From Escherichia phage vB-Eco-KMB23: a stretch of DNA of 64,000 nt. The stretch lies in sequence record OR525702.1. The stretch is one strand, 5' to 3'. Below the pieces are notes generated by a model. That model did not search any database and was not told the origin of the DNA. It was given only the letters and a program-made list of their open reading frames with translations. Both the position numbers and the translations under genes were made by a program. Shown in pieces: positions 27,769 to 41,174 of the stretch (position 1 is its first letter; each line of letters starts with the position of its first letter).

Positions 27769-28005
27769 TTATTTACCTATTACAGTTTTAATATGAGTTG
27801 TTCCACGTTCTTTAAGGGTGGAAAGTAATTTTTGGCATTTTTCTAAATCAGATTTCCAACTATATGGTCTATCAATACAAACCCAATTTGTCTTATAATA
27901 CTGTTTCCATTTAGAGAAAAAATACTTCTTATACTCTACAGCAAACGAGATGTTCTCATTAGAATAAGAACTAATTGCTGTAAGCTTTACCAAACGAAAT
28001 TTCAT
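27769..28005 (-). CDS. hypothetical protein (31.2 position, 78 aa)
   Basis: ORF abutting cd start and 31.1 stop. Confidence 0.55.
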   Translation of the reverse strand: MKFRLVKLTAISSYSNENISFAVEYKKYFFSKWKQYYKTNWVCIDRPYSWKSDLEKCQKLLSTLKERGTTHIKTVIGK

Positions 28006-28586
28006 TATTCACCACAGAATTCGTTGATATTTTCCCAGTTTAACTTATTCAAGTTTTTCTTAGGAACATTAAACACTTCAATACCCGCATTTCGCAGAAT
28101 ATCATCCCAACCAGGTTTATTTTTATCGTATGTTTCGCAATAAACCAGCTTTTTAATACCAGATTGAGCTATCGCTTTTGCACAATCTGGGCAAGGAGAA
28201 AGTGTTACATACATAGTAGCACCTTCAATAGAAGAACCATTTCGTGCAGCAAACAAAATTGCGTTTAGTTCAGCATGAATTTCATTTTTAGATGACCATT
28301 CCGAGTGAGCACTACGATGTTCTTTCGCCAAGACAAAACGATCAGTTGAACCAAATGATACACATTCGGGCTTATGACCTTGAATGATAGTGTGTTTAGG
28401 CTTATTCAACAACCAACCTTGCTCAGCAGCATAATCACAACAGTTCACACCCCCTGCGGGTGAACCATTATATCCGGTAGAAATAATACGTCCATTCTTT
28501 TCAATTACTGCTCCTACTTTCCAGGAGCAACATTTTGATTCTTGTGATACTAAATATGCAATTTGAAGTACTGTACTCGCTTTCAT
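28005..28586 (-). CDS. cd: dCMP deaminase (193 aa)
   Basis: Cytidine/dCMP deaminase zinc motifs H-A-E (SAHSEW...HAELNAI) and PCPDC; 193 aa as in T4. Confidence 0.95.
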   Translation of the reverse strand: MKASTVLQIAYLVSQESKCCSWKVGAVIEKNGRIISTGYNGSPAGGVNCCDYAAEQGWLLNKPKHTIIQGHKPECVSFGSTDRFVLAKEHRSAHSEWSSKNEIHAELNAILFAARNGSSIEGATMYVTLSPCPDCAKAIAQSGIKKLVYCETYDKNKPGWDDILRNAGIEVFNVPKKNLNKLNWENINEFCGE

Positions 28587-28921
28587 TTCATAATCACCAG
28601 ATAAGCAGATTTAGCAGTTTCAACACGATAAATTTCGTGACGAAGTTTAGTTATACTTTTAATAACAGAACTAATTATATTCTGCCCATCTTTAAAGCGG
28701 TTTTTCTTATCAATAAAAATTGCGCCAACCATCTTTTTGTGAAGCTCAACTGGATACTTCGTCACAATAATAGCATCATATACAGAAGGATGAATACTAT
28801 TCACTAGAGTGTCATTCATTAAAGTTATTCTAATGAACTGTGCTGTTTCAGAATCAAGCGCTCTATGATCGCCAGTATCATTTTCAAGACAATTATCAAT
28901 TATATCAGTTAAATTCATCAT
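28583..28921 (-). CDS. hypothetical protein (cd.1 position, 112 aa)
   Basis: ORF with overlapping stop/start in the operon. Confidence 0.55.
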   Translation of the reverse strand: MMNLTDIIDNCLENDTGDHRALDSETAQFIRITLMNDTLVNSIHPSVYDAIIVTKYPVELHKKMVGAIFIDKKNRFKDGQNIISSVIKSITKLRHEIYRVETAKSAYLVIMK

Positions 28922-29154
28922 AGTACGCCATACACCCTTTGTGCTTCAACTAATCCATCAAAATCCAATTTGAGATGTGTTATTTGGTCACCATCACCTG
29001 GATTCACAATTACTAATACTGAACGAGGAGTTTCGGTAATAACACGAACCGATGTTTCAGGAAATCGTTCAGAAACCTTATTTACCAATTCCTGCGCAAA
29101 TAGTTTAACTTTTTCTTGGAATTCTTTAACAGTAATTGGTTTTTCACTTAGCAT
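28918..29154 (-). CDS. hypothetical protein (cd.2 position, 78 aa)
   Basis: ATG start downstream of an early promoter and stem-loop. Confidence 0.55.
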   Translation of the reverse strand: MLSEKPITVKEFQEKVKLFAQELVNKVSERFPETSVRVITETPRSVLVIVNPGDGDQITHLKLDFDGLVEAQRVYGVL

Positions 29155-29175
29155 TTTGTTTTCCTCATTTGTTTT

Positions 29176-29214
29176 GGTAGAGCTATAATATCACAACTCT
29201 ACCATAAAGTAAAC
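29176..29214 (-). promoter_or_regulatory. early promoter with stem-loop (GGTAGAG...CTCTACC)
   Basis: - strand GTTTAC -35; the -10 (TATTATAG) lies within a 7-bp inverted repeat. Confidence 0.45.
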
Positions 29215-29216
29215 TG

Positions 29217-29498
29217 TTAAATTGCCTTGAATTCTGATGTCTGTGATTCAAAACGAATATCGCCTTTGATGACTAGCTCAGCATCAAGACCAAATACGAC
29301 AATGATATGCGCGGAACCCGGATACAGCGTAATTGCAATAGAATCCACCTGGTCTGGAAGCAAAGTGTTCAATACATGAGTCACTTGAGCATGAATTCGA
29401 AGCTCGGCTGCGTTATCAAGCTTTTCAAACATATTATTAGCGATAATTTGACTAAACACTACTTCTACGATTTTAGAATAAGTCGGAAACATATTCAC
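29217..29498 (-). CDS. hypothetical protein (cd.3 position, 93 aa)
   Basis: ORF in synteny. Confidence 0.55.
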   Translation of the reverse strand: MNMFPTYSKIVEVVFSQIIANNMFEKLDNAAELRIHAQVTHVLNTLLPDQVDSIAITLYPGSAHIIVVFGLDAELVIKGDIRFESQTSEFKAI

Positions 29499-29687
29499 CT
29501 CACATAATTTTCTTCAAGCCAATTAATAACATCCAACGCATTATCAAAAGTTGAACCATCTACTATGTCTTCTGTTTCATAATCAAGAATATCTAAGTCT
29601 ACTCTTCCATCAACAATAGGCCATAAACAAAATAGATATTTCTTTTCTTTTTCAATTTTATCACAAAGTCGATAAATCTTTTCTATG

Positions 29688-29695
<8 letters not shown>
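29495..29695 (-). CDS. hypothetical protein (cd.4 position, 66 aa)
   Basis: ORF in synteny, overlapping stop/start. Confidence 0.5.
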
Positions 29696-31092
<1,397 letters not shown>

Positions 31093-31320
31093 TTATTTTT
31101 TCTCAACTAATGATTGAATATAATCATGTAGGTCTTTAGATGCTTTACCCCACTTATTTTGATATTCATTTTTGAGATTAGCACGTGATTGAGCTAATAA
31201 AACATCATTAGTTGGAGGTAAAGATTCTAACCGCTGAATCTGGCGTCCATAAATCATTGCAGCCATCTCGGATTCATAAATCAATCCTTTGAGATGTTCA
31301 AATTGATGCCATGAAATCAT
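31093..31320 (-). CDS. hypothetical protein (75 aa)
   Basis: ORF in the operon array. Confidence 0.5.
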   Translation of the reverse strand: MISWHQFEHLKGLIYESEMAAMIYGRQIQRLESLPPTNDVLLAQSRANLKNEYQNKWGKASKDLHDYIQSLVEKK

Positions 31321-31616
31321 TTACATTTATCCTCTTTTAGCTCTTGACGATAATAACATATCATAGTTTTCTGATCATGCACATATCGTTTTACATCATT
31401 AAGCCAAATACGAAATTCCTGGGAATCTTCAAATGGCATACCGACCCAAGCTTTACCATCAATAACTTTAACTTGCCAAGATAGTTTAGCTTCGTCATAT
31501 GACTTTATTTGCACAGGCCAATTAGGATGAACTGTTTCTTTCTTTACTTCTAGAGGCTTTGTCGAACAACCAACTAGAAGACCAATAGATAATATTACTG
31601 CTGATAGTTTAATCAT
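31317..31616 (-). CDS. o-spanin, outer-membrane lipoprotein (Rz1 equivalent, 99 aa)
   Basis: Signal peptide ending in lipobox LVGC then Cys; overlaps the upstream i-spanin stop; matches the T4 pseT.2 role. Confidence 0.75.
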   Translation of the reverse strand: MIKLSAVILSIGLLVGCSTKPLEVKKETVHPNWPVQIKSYDEAKLSWQVKVIDGKAWVGMPFEDSQEFRIWLNDVKRYVHDQKTMICYYRQELKEDKCK

Positions 31617-31966
31617 TTAGAAAGGTCCTGGATGTCTTCTGCGAACTTGTTGAAGGAGTTGTTGATTTGTTTTTCAACCAATCCTGGCTTATGAGCCACC
31701 ACATCCGCCTTCTTTGCATCTTTGCGCAGTTTTTCATTTTCACGCTCAATAGCAGCAATTGCCTCACGATTTTTATTATTCATCGCATCAATATAATTAT
31801 ACTGAATTCGCAAATTATTTAATGCTAAGGCGTTTTCATTGGCCGTTTTTGTAATTTCAGTAACCGATGTTTCTAATCTTTCTACCTTATTTTTTAAAAT
31901 AATAGATGTTCCGCCAAATACTATTACAAGTAATAGCAAACCTGCTGTCGTATTACTTAATTGCAT
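31613..31966 (-). CDS. i-spanin, inner-membrane (Rz equivalent, 117 aa)
   Basis: N-terminal transmembrane segment (GLLLLVIVFGGTSIIL) followed by a charged coiled-coil-like region; matches the T4 pseT.3 role. Confidence 0.75.
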   Translation of the reverse strand: MQLSNTTAGLLLLVIVFGGTSIILKNKVERLETSVTEITKTANENALALNNLRIQYNYIDAMNNKNREAIAAIERENEKLRKDAKKADVVAHKPGLVEKQINNSFNKFAEDIQDLSK

Positions 31967-32463
31967 AAAGTTTTAATAACCTCTATAATATCGTCTTGAG
32001 AAAGACCGTTAATTAAAATATGATGTTCCGCCGGAGATTTAGAAATTTTAAAGCATGCCGCAACATCTTCTGCCATATCCGATGCGCTACGATTTGGATT
32101 ACTAATTCCAAGACGATGTTTTCCCGTTAAAGGATTAACGATGATATAGCATTTACAGCTATTGATATGAACATTAGGTTGAGTCTGATTAATGAATACA
32201 TCACAATCATATTTCGCAAGCTGATTTTCTAAAAAGACTTTCATCTCCTCAACCGCATCAGGAAGCATATCACGGGCTTGCTCAAGACGACGATTTCGAT
32301 ATTCTTTAATGGTCGTTTTCCGCTTGACTTGCTTAGCTAAATCTTTCTTAAGATCGGTGATATATCCAACTCGACGATTTCCTTTAAATACAGAAATCCC
32401 ATCTGTAGTATCACCGTATGCTTCAACGACCATTTCAGTAGTAATAAGCTGCAAATCCATCAT
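31957..32463 (-). CDS. alc: Alc, inhibitor of host transcription
   Basis: 167-168 aa in the T4 alc slot between the spanins and rnlA; early promoter upstream. Confidence 0.8.
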   Translation of the reverse strand: MMDLQLITTEMVVEAYGDTTDGISVFKGNRRVGYITDLKKDLAKQVKRKTTIKEYRNRRLEQARDMLPDAVEEMKVFLENQLAKYDCDVFINQTQPNVHINSCKCYIIVNPLTGKHRLGISNPNRSASDMAEDVAACFKISKSPAEHHILINGLSQDDIIEVIKTLCN

Positions 32464-32484
32464 AAAGTCCTCATGTTATGTCAG

Positions 32485-32521
32485 TAAGACTACTATAACA
32501 CAACACGAGGGACTTGTAAAC
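32485..32521 (-). promoter_or_regulatory. early promoter for alc (second copy of the 54-bp cassette)
   Basis: Cassette CCTCATGTTATGTCAGTAAGACTACTATAACACAACACGAGGGACTTGTAAAC identical to the one at 17141..17195. Confidence 0.55.
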
Positions 32522-32524
32522 AGC

Positions 32525-34112
<1,588 letters not shown>

Positions 34113-34139
34113 AATAAAATGGGCCTTGCGGCCCACTCC

Positions 34140-35309
34140 TTAAAAGTATTTTTTAAAACTCATCATAACTTTATCATCAACATCATTATCAATCTGTGCA
34201 ACAAGGTAAGATGACAGTTCTACTTCTTGTGGCGCGGATTGAACATTATCAGAATTAAGATATTCACGAATCCAAGGATATGGATGTTTAACCGGAGCAT
34301 CGGTAATTGGGCATGGAAGACCACACTGCTTCATACGAGATACAGTTAAGTAATCAATAAAGCTCCACATGCTATTTGTATTTAATCCAGGAACATCGCC
34401 ATCTTTAAATAAATGAACTGCCCAATCTTTTTCTTGGCGGTTAACTTCCATGAAAATATCAACTGCTTCTTGTTCACACTCTTGAGCAATTTTAACCCAT
34501 TCATCGCCATCAGTACCGGATTGAAGCTGACGAATAATATATTGGGTGCCTTTAAGGTGAAGCTGCTCATCACGTGCAATGAACTTCATAATCTTGGCAT
34601 TACCTTCCATGATTTCCATATTCTTATGGAAGTTAAAGGTACATGCGAAAGATACATAAAAACGAATAGCTTCTAAGGCATTAATAACGTGCAAACAGAG
34701 GTAAAGAGATTTCATTAAAGCACGTTTAGTACATGCAACAACTTTGCCTAACTCTTCTTTACGAAATCCTTCTGATAAAATTCCTTCATATTCTTCTTTA
34801 GCATTTTCCCATTCACGGGTTTTAGTCAGAACATCATCATAATAACGTCCAATTGATTCAGCACGTTTCATAATAGCTTCATCTAATACAATCTCATCAA
34901 ATACCTTTGACGGATCAGTATAAAGATTTCGCATAATATGAGTATATGAACGACTATGAATAGTTTCACTAAAAGTCCATGTAGCAACCCATGTATCAAG
35001 ACTTGGGTCTGAAATTAATGACATAAGTACAGCAGATGGCGCACGACCCTGAATGCTATCCAAAAGTGATTGATACTTCAGGTTATTAGTAAAAATATTT
35101 TGCTGATACTGAGGAAGCTTATTAAATTGTGCAGCATCCATCATTAAGTTTACTTCTTCAGGACGCCAGAAAAATGATAATTGCTTTTCGGTTAAATCTT
35201 CAAAAACTTTATGGCGTTGAATATCATAACGCGCAATACCAAGACCTGAACCAAAAAACATAGGTTCTTTTAAAACATCAACTGGATTTGTATTAAAAAC
35301 TGTGCTCAT
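34140..35309 (-). CDS. nrdB: ribonucleotide reductase small subunit NrdB (389 aa), uninterrupted
   Basis: Continuous ORF of class I RNR beta length; N-terminus MSTVFNTNPVDVLKEP as in T4; no intron. Confidence 0.95.
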   Translation of the reverse strand: MSTVFNTNPVDVLKEPMFFGSGLGIARYDIQRHKVFEDLTEKQLSFFWRPEEVNLMMDAAQFNKLPQYQQNIFTNNLKYQSLLDSIQGRAPSAVLMSLISDPSLDTWVATWTFSETIHSRSYTHIMRNLYTDPSKVFDEIVLDEAIMKRAESIGRYYDDVLTKTREWENAKEEYEGILSEGFRKEELGKVVACTKRALMKSLYLCLHVINALEAIRFYVSFACTFNFHKNMEIMEGNAKIMKFIARDEQLHLKGTQYIIRQLQSGTDGDEWVKIAQECEQEAVDIFMEVNRQEKDWAVHLFKDGDVPGLNTNSMWSFIDYLTVSRMKQCGLPCPITDAPVKHPYPWIREYLNSDNVQSAPQEVELSSYLVAQIDNDVDDKVMMSFKKYF

Positions 35310-35360
35310 AAATTTTCCACTTAGTTAATAGATAGTGACTCGTCCATGAGTCAAATTATA

Positions 35361-37625
35361 TCATAATTTACAGGATGAACAATCTTCAGCTTTTGGAGTT
35401 TCTATTTCATAATCATCAGTACCAGAACCATCGCGGGTATTATGATAATAGAAATTTTTTCCGCCAAAATACCAGAAATACAAAAGGTCATCAATCATTA
35501 TTGACATTGGAACCTTTCCTTTTGGAAAAATCTGCGGGTCATAGTATGTATTCGCTGAAGCTGATTGACATACCCATTTCAGCATAATAGCTACTTGCGT
35601 AAGATAAGGTTTATTACCTTTCTTAGCTAATTTCCACGTATAATCATAGAGGTCTATGTTATGCTCAATATTGGGCACGACTTGATTAAAGGAGCCCTCT
35701 TTTGATTCTTTAACAGAGACTGGTCCACGTGGAGGCTCGATACCGTTTGTACTGTTAGAAACTTGGGAAGATGACTCACATGGCATAAGTGCTGATAATG
35801 TGCTATTACGGATGCCAAAGAGCTTAAGGTCTTCCCGCAGCGACGACCAGTCACAAACGTATTTTGGAGCTGCGATTTGGTCAATCTTTTTATTGTACCA
35901 GTCGATAGGTAATTCGCCTCGAGACCAACGAGTGTCTGAATAATATTCGCAAGGTCCTTTTTCTTTGGCGAGCTTAATGGATGCTTTAATGAGTCCATAC
36001 TGTAATCTCTCAAATAGTTCATGTGTTAAATCGTTAGCATCTTCATAAGAAGCAAAGTTACTTGCCAGCCAAGCTGCATAGTTAGTAACACCTACACCAA
36101 GGTTACGACGCTTTTTAGCTTTTTCTGCTTCAGGAACTGGATATCCTTGGTAATCCAAAAGATTATCAAGAGCGCGAACTTGAACTTCTGCCAATTCATT
36201 AATTTTATCTTGGTCTTGCCAGTCAAAATTATCTAGTACGAATGCAGAGAGAGTACACAATCCAATTTCCGCATCAGGACTATTCACATCATTTGTTGGA
36301 ATAGCAATTTCACAGCACAAGTTACTTTGACGAATAGGTGCCTTTTCACGAATAAACGGAGTATAGTTATTCGTATTATCAATGAACTGCACATAAATCC
36401 TTGCTGTTCCTGAACGTTCAGTCATGAGCAATTCAAATAGTTCACGAGCTTTAATACGCTTTTTACGAATATTAGGGTCTTTTTCTGCTGCTTCGTATAA
36501 TTCACGGAAACGGTCTTGGTCTTTAAAATAAGAATAATAAAGCTCGCCACCCATTTCATGCGGACTGAACAAAGTAATGTAATCGTTCTTTCCGAATCGT
36601 TCCATCATCAAATCATTCAGTTGAACACCATAATCCATATGACGAATGCGGTTTTCTTCTACGCCTTTGTTATTTTTCAAAACGAGAAGATTTTCAACTT
36701 CCAAATGCCAAATAGGATAATAAGCAGTAGCAGCGCCGCCACGAATTCCACCCTGTGAACATGATTTAACTGCAGTCTGAAAATGTTTCCAAAAAGGAAT
36801 AACACCAGTATGGCGTACTTCACCCATGCCAATCTTAGAACCTTCAGCACGAATCATACCAACGTTAATACCAATTCCAGCGCGTTTAGAGATATATTCA
36901 ACAATTGAAGCGGAAGCCTTATTGATAGACTTCAATGAATCTCCTGCCTCAATAACAACACATGAACTAAACTGTCGAGTCGGAGTACGGCAACCAGCCA
37001 TAATAGGAGTTGGCAGTGAAATCTGTCGGGTTGATACCGCTTCATAAAAACGGATAACATGTTTTAATCTATCAACAGGTTCATCTTGATGCAATGCCAT
37101 TCCAATAGCCATAAATGCAAACTGCGGAGTTTCATAAATTTGACCAGTGGTTTTATCTTTAACTAGATATTTTTCTTTTAATTGCATCGCCCCGGAATAA
37201 GTAAATTCCATATCCCGTTCGTGCTTAATTTTTGATTCTAAAAATGTAATTTCTTCTGCTGAATATTTTGACAATAATTCAGGGTCATATTTCCCTTCAT
37301 TTACGCAATAAGAAATATGGTCAATAAATGAACGCGGTTCATACTGCCCGTAAACATGCTTACGAAGAGCAAACATTAAACAGCGTGCAGCTACATATTG
37401 ATAATCAGGCTCTTCAACCGAAATAGAATTCGCAGCAGCCTTAATGACAATAGTCTGAATATCATCAGTTGTCATTCCATCACGGAGATAAGATTTAATA
37501 TTTTCATATAATTCATAAGGATCTACTGATGTTCCTTCAGCTGCCCAAGATAAAACTTTAATAATTTTTTGTGGGTCGAAGCTCTGAGAAACACCACTAC
37601 TTTTGATAACATTAATTAATTGCAT
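35361..37625 (-). CDS. nrdA: ribonucleotide reductase large subunit NrdA (754 aa)
   Basis: 754 aa as in T4; active-site region NLCCEI and C-terminal redox cysteines (CSSCKL). Confidence 0.96.
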   Translation of the reverse strand: MQLINVIKSSGVSQSFDPQKIIKVLSWAAEGTSVDPYELYENIKSYLRDGMTTDDIQTIVIKAAANSISVEEPDYQYVAARCLMFALRKHVYGQYEPRSFIDHISYCVNEGKYDPELLSKYSAEEITFLESKIKHERDMEFTYSGAMQLKEKYLVKDKTTGQIYETPQFAFMAIGMALHQDEPVDRLKHVIRFYEAVSTRQISLPTPIMAGCRTPTRQFSSCVVIEAGDSLKSINKASASIVEYISKRAGIGINVGMIRAEGSKIGMGEVRHTGVIPFWKHFQTAVKSCSQGGIRGGAATAYYPIWHLEVENLLVLKNNKGVEENRIRHMDYGVQLNDLMMERFGKNDYITLFSPHEMGGELYYSYFKDQDRFRELYEAAEKDPNIRKKRIKARELFELLMTERSGTARIYVQFIDNTNNYTPFIREKAPIRQSNLCCEIAIPTNDVNSPDAEIGLCTLSAFVLDNFDWQDQDKINELAEVQVRALDNLLDYQGYPVPEAEKAKKRRNLGVGVTNYAAWLASNFASYEDANDLTHELFERLQYGLIKASIKLAKEKGPCEYYSDTRWSRGELPIDWYNKKIDQIAAPKYVCDWSSLREDLKLFGIRNSTLSALMPCESSSQVSNSTNGIEPPRGPVSVKESKEGSFNQVVPNIEHNIDLYDYTWKLAKKGNKPYLTQVAIMLKWVCQSASANTYYDPQIFPKGKVPMSIMIDDLLYFWYFGGKNFYYHNTRDGSGTDDYEIETPKAEDCSSCKL

Positions 37626-37942
37626 AAGTCCTCAACTTGAAAATCGTCTTTAAACAATCGGTTAACTATATGAGCTATTATATCACCATGACACGGCTTT
37701 GGTTTACATGTGCATCCTAGCCTCATTCCACGTAAAGGCTCTAAATGTGCTTTAGTTATTTCTCCGGATTTAATTCGACGTATAAAATCTTTTTTGAATA
37801 ATTCAATGGCAGCCTCCCGGCTGCCAGCATCTTTACCGACGTAATTTCCCCAAAATGTACCGCGGTGAATATTAACATCAAAGTCGGATTTGTATTTATT
37901 CACTACCCGGCATAGACGGCCCACGCTGGAATAATTCGTCAT
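37616..37942 (-). CDS. hypothetical Cys/His-motif protein (nrdA.1 position, 108 aa)
   Basis: ORF with [11 protein letters not shown] motif; T4 synteny. Confidence 0.55.
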
Positions 37943-38159
37943 ATTGTTTTTCCGTTAATACAGTAATATCATAGTAACAATCGGAAGAAGTTTTAACTGT
38001 GGAAATTTTATTATCAAAATACTCACGAGTCATTTTATGAGTATAGTATTTTTTACCATAAATGGTAATAGGCTGTTCTGGTCCTGGAACTTCTAACTCG
38101 CTTGGGTTAGGAAGTGTAAAAAGAACAACGCCAGAAGTATCTTTAAATCGTAAAATCAT
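37896..38159 (-). CDS. hypothetical protein (nrdA.2 position, 87 aa)
   Basis: ORF between td and nrdA.1. Confidence 0.5.
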
Positions 38160-39016
38160 ATTGCCATTTTCCCTTTAATTGCTGGATGCGATTCATAATT
38201 TTCAAGGATAAAATCTTTCGGTTTCATGTATTCAGTTAACCAGTAAAGCTGTGTTTCGGTGTCACAATTTCCAAACTCTATAGGCCAATCAATTTTAAGT
38301 TCACACAGTTCTTTAGGCTCACGACGTAAAATTTCTTTACATTGCGCAGTATGATTCATATAGATGTGAGTATTACCACCAGAAAATATCAAATCTCCTG
38401 GGATAAGATTACACATCTTAGCCACAATATGCGTCAAGGCAGCGTACGAGGCAATGTTGAATGGCAAGCCCAAGAAAACATCTACACTTCTTTGGTACCA
38501 TTGTAAATCAAGATAACCATTACGCACATTAAACTGATAGAACATATGACAGGGCGGTAATGCCATTTGATTGATTTCAGCTGGATTCCATGCTGAAACG
38601 ATTTGACGTCGATCAGTTGGTAATTTTTTAATACGATCAATAGTTTCAACTAATTGATCCACACCACCGAAATCACGCCATTGTTTACCATATATAGGAC
38701 CAAGTTCACCACTATGATATCCTAGGTCTTTAGCTTGGTTTTCATAATTGTCATCCCAGATAGTTTTACCTTGAATAAGACTACCGTGAGTAAGAAGACG
38801 TAAATCATTAACATTGGTAGAACCGGAAATAAACCATAAAAGCTCAGCAATGCATGCATTCCAGGCGAGCTTCTTAGTTGTTACTGCAGGAAAACCTTTA
38901 GTTAAATCCCAGCGTAATTTAGTACCGAACAGAGCAATTGTTCCTATGCCTGTTCGGTCATCGGTTTCATAGCCATTTTCAAAAATGTCTTTAATTAAAT
39001 CTTGGTATTGTTTCAT
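38156..39016 (-). CDS. td: thymidylate synthase (286 aa), uninterrupted
   Basis: 286 aa continuous ORF; TS active-site region ALPPCH; no intron. Confidence 0.96.
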
Positions 39017-39061
39017 TTAGTACCTTATATAAATTATAATACATTTTATGAAGCTGAATAA

Positions 39062-39409
39062 TCAATACGGTTTAGCATCAAATTTTCTTTCAATTTCAGG
39101 CGTGAAATATAATTCTTTACCGCGTTTGGAAAAGCGACCAATAATATGATAATTATTCTCATCAAACGTGATATTACCAATATCCATAGCTTTCAACCAA
39201 ATATCGATATTTCTATCCAGCTTTATGTCAAAATTCCAATACGGAGAACTATTACCGAAAATACTGCAAGCGGATTCAGTAAAACAACTACTATAAATCT
39301 TATCTTTAGGAACTACTAATTGATAGACACCTTTAATAAACTGAGGACCCTGCCACTTTGGCTGTTTCGCGTCTTTTTCTAATAGAATAGGGTAATAATT
39401 AAAATTCAT
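39062..39409 (-). CDS. hypothetical protein (115 aa) at the frd/td junction
   Basis: ATG start 19 nt after the frd stop; ends 45 nt before the td ATG; no recognisable motif. Confidence 0.5.
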   Translation of the reverse strand: MNFNYYPILLEKDAKQPKWQGPQFIKGVYQLVVPKDKIYSSCFTESACSIFGNSSPYWNFDIKLDRNIDIWLKAMDIGNITFDENNYHIIGRFSKRGKELYFTPEIERKFDAKPY

Positions 39410-39428
39410 ATTTTCCGCCAGTGTTATT

Positions 39429-40258
<830 letters not shown>

Positions 40259-40269
40259 ATTATCTCCTA

Positions 40270-40602
40270 TTAAAAAGGATCAGGAACATATCCGCTAGCT
40301 TTAATCATTTTAATTAACGTTAACATTCCTTTGTTAACTGCTCGTGAGATTTCATCAAAAACTTCATCACTAAAAAGTTCTAACACACCCTTCTGAACTT
40401 TTAATTTACAGCCAACAATTTCGTCATCGCCTATAGTAAATTCATTACCACCAATTCCTCCGAAAAACTTAATTACACCAGTTAACTGTCTTCCACGAGA
40501 ATATGGGTCGTGTGATAAAGTAATATGAGTCACCCCGGGTACAGTTTTAAATTGGCAGCGAATATTTACTTGGGAAATTCCAGTTACATGAATATCAGAC
40601 AT
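40270..40602 (-). CDS. hypothetical protein (110 aa)
   Basis: ATG with GAGGAAAA RBS. Confidence 0.5.
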   Translation of the reverse strand: MSDIHVTGISQVNIRCQFKTVPGVTHITLSHDPYSRGRQLTGVIKFFGGIGGNEFTIGDDEIVGCKLKVQKGVLELFSDEVFDEISRAVNKGMLTLIKMIKASGYVPDPF

Positions 40603-40612
40603 AATATTTTCC

Positions 40613-40855
40613 TCAAACAGACTTTTTCACAATTTTCCAATCAGCTTTAAACTGTTCAACGTCAGAATGGTAAATCCAGAATCCTGCGCTTTCTCCATCC
40701 TCATAAAGAGGGCATCCATCACATTCATCTTCCCATCCCATATCACGCAAAAGACGTTCAGCTTTTTCAACAAGTTCAGAATCTTTACCAATAATATTAA
40801 AATACCATTTACCTCTAACTTCTGAATCTTTGATACTCTGACGTTGTAATCTCAT
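40613..40855 (-). CDS. hypothetical protein (80 aa from ATG)
   Basis: ORF track begins at TTG 40912; ATG at 40855 is preceded by AAGGAGA and an early promoter. Confidence 0.45.
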   Translation of the reverse strand: MRLQRQSIKDSEVRGKWYFNIIGKDSELVEKAERLLRDMGWEDECDGCPLYEDGESAGFWIYHSDVEQFKADWKIVKKSV

Positions 40856-40912
40856 TTTATTCTCCTTAGTTGATAAGGCTATAGTATCACTACCATAGCC
40901 TGTTGTAAACAA

Positions 40913-41173
40913 TTATTTTTGAATTTTATCGAGCCACTTACCAAGCTTAATCATTTCTTTAGTAGCCTTTTCCATACTTCTGAACTTAACCAATAGAGGA
41001 TAGGTATCGACACCCATAACTAAACTGGTTACAAGACTGTGTTCACCCACAAGCCATAACGAATACGTTTGAATATCGAGCCCGTAATTTCTGTCTTTGT
41101 GGACCCGTACACCCATCACTTCAAATTTCTCACTAGCTTTTTCTACCGCATTCAGGAAATCATCTTTAGTCAT
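40913..41173 (-). CDS. hypothetical protein (86 aa from ATG)
   Basis: ORF track begins at TTG 41206; first ATG at 41173 lies 1 nt from the upstream ORF stop. Confidence 0.4.
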   Translation of the reverse strand: MTKDDFLNAVEKASEKFEVMGVRVHKDRNYGLDIQTYSLWLVGEHSLVTSLVMGVDTYPLLVKFRSMEKATKEMIKLGKWLDKIQK

Positions 41174-41174
41174 A

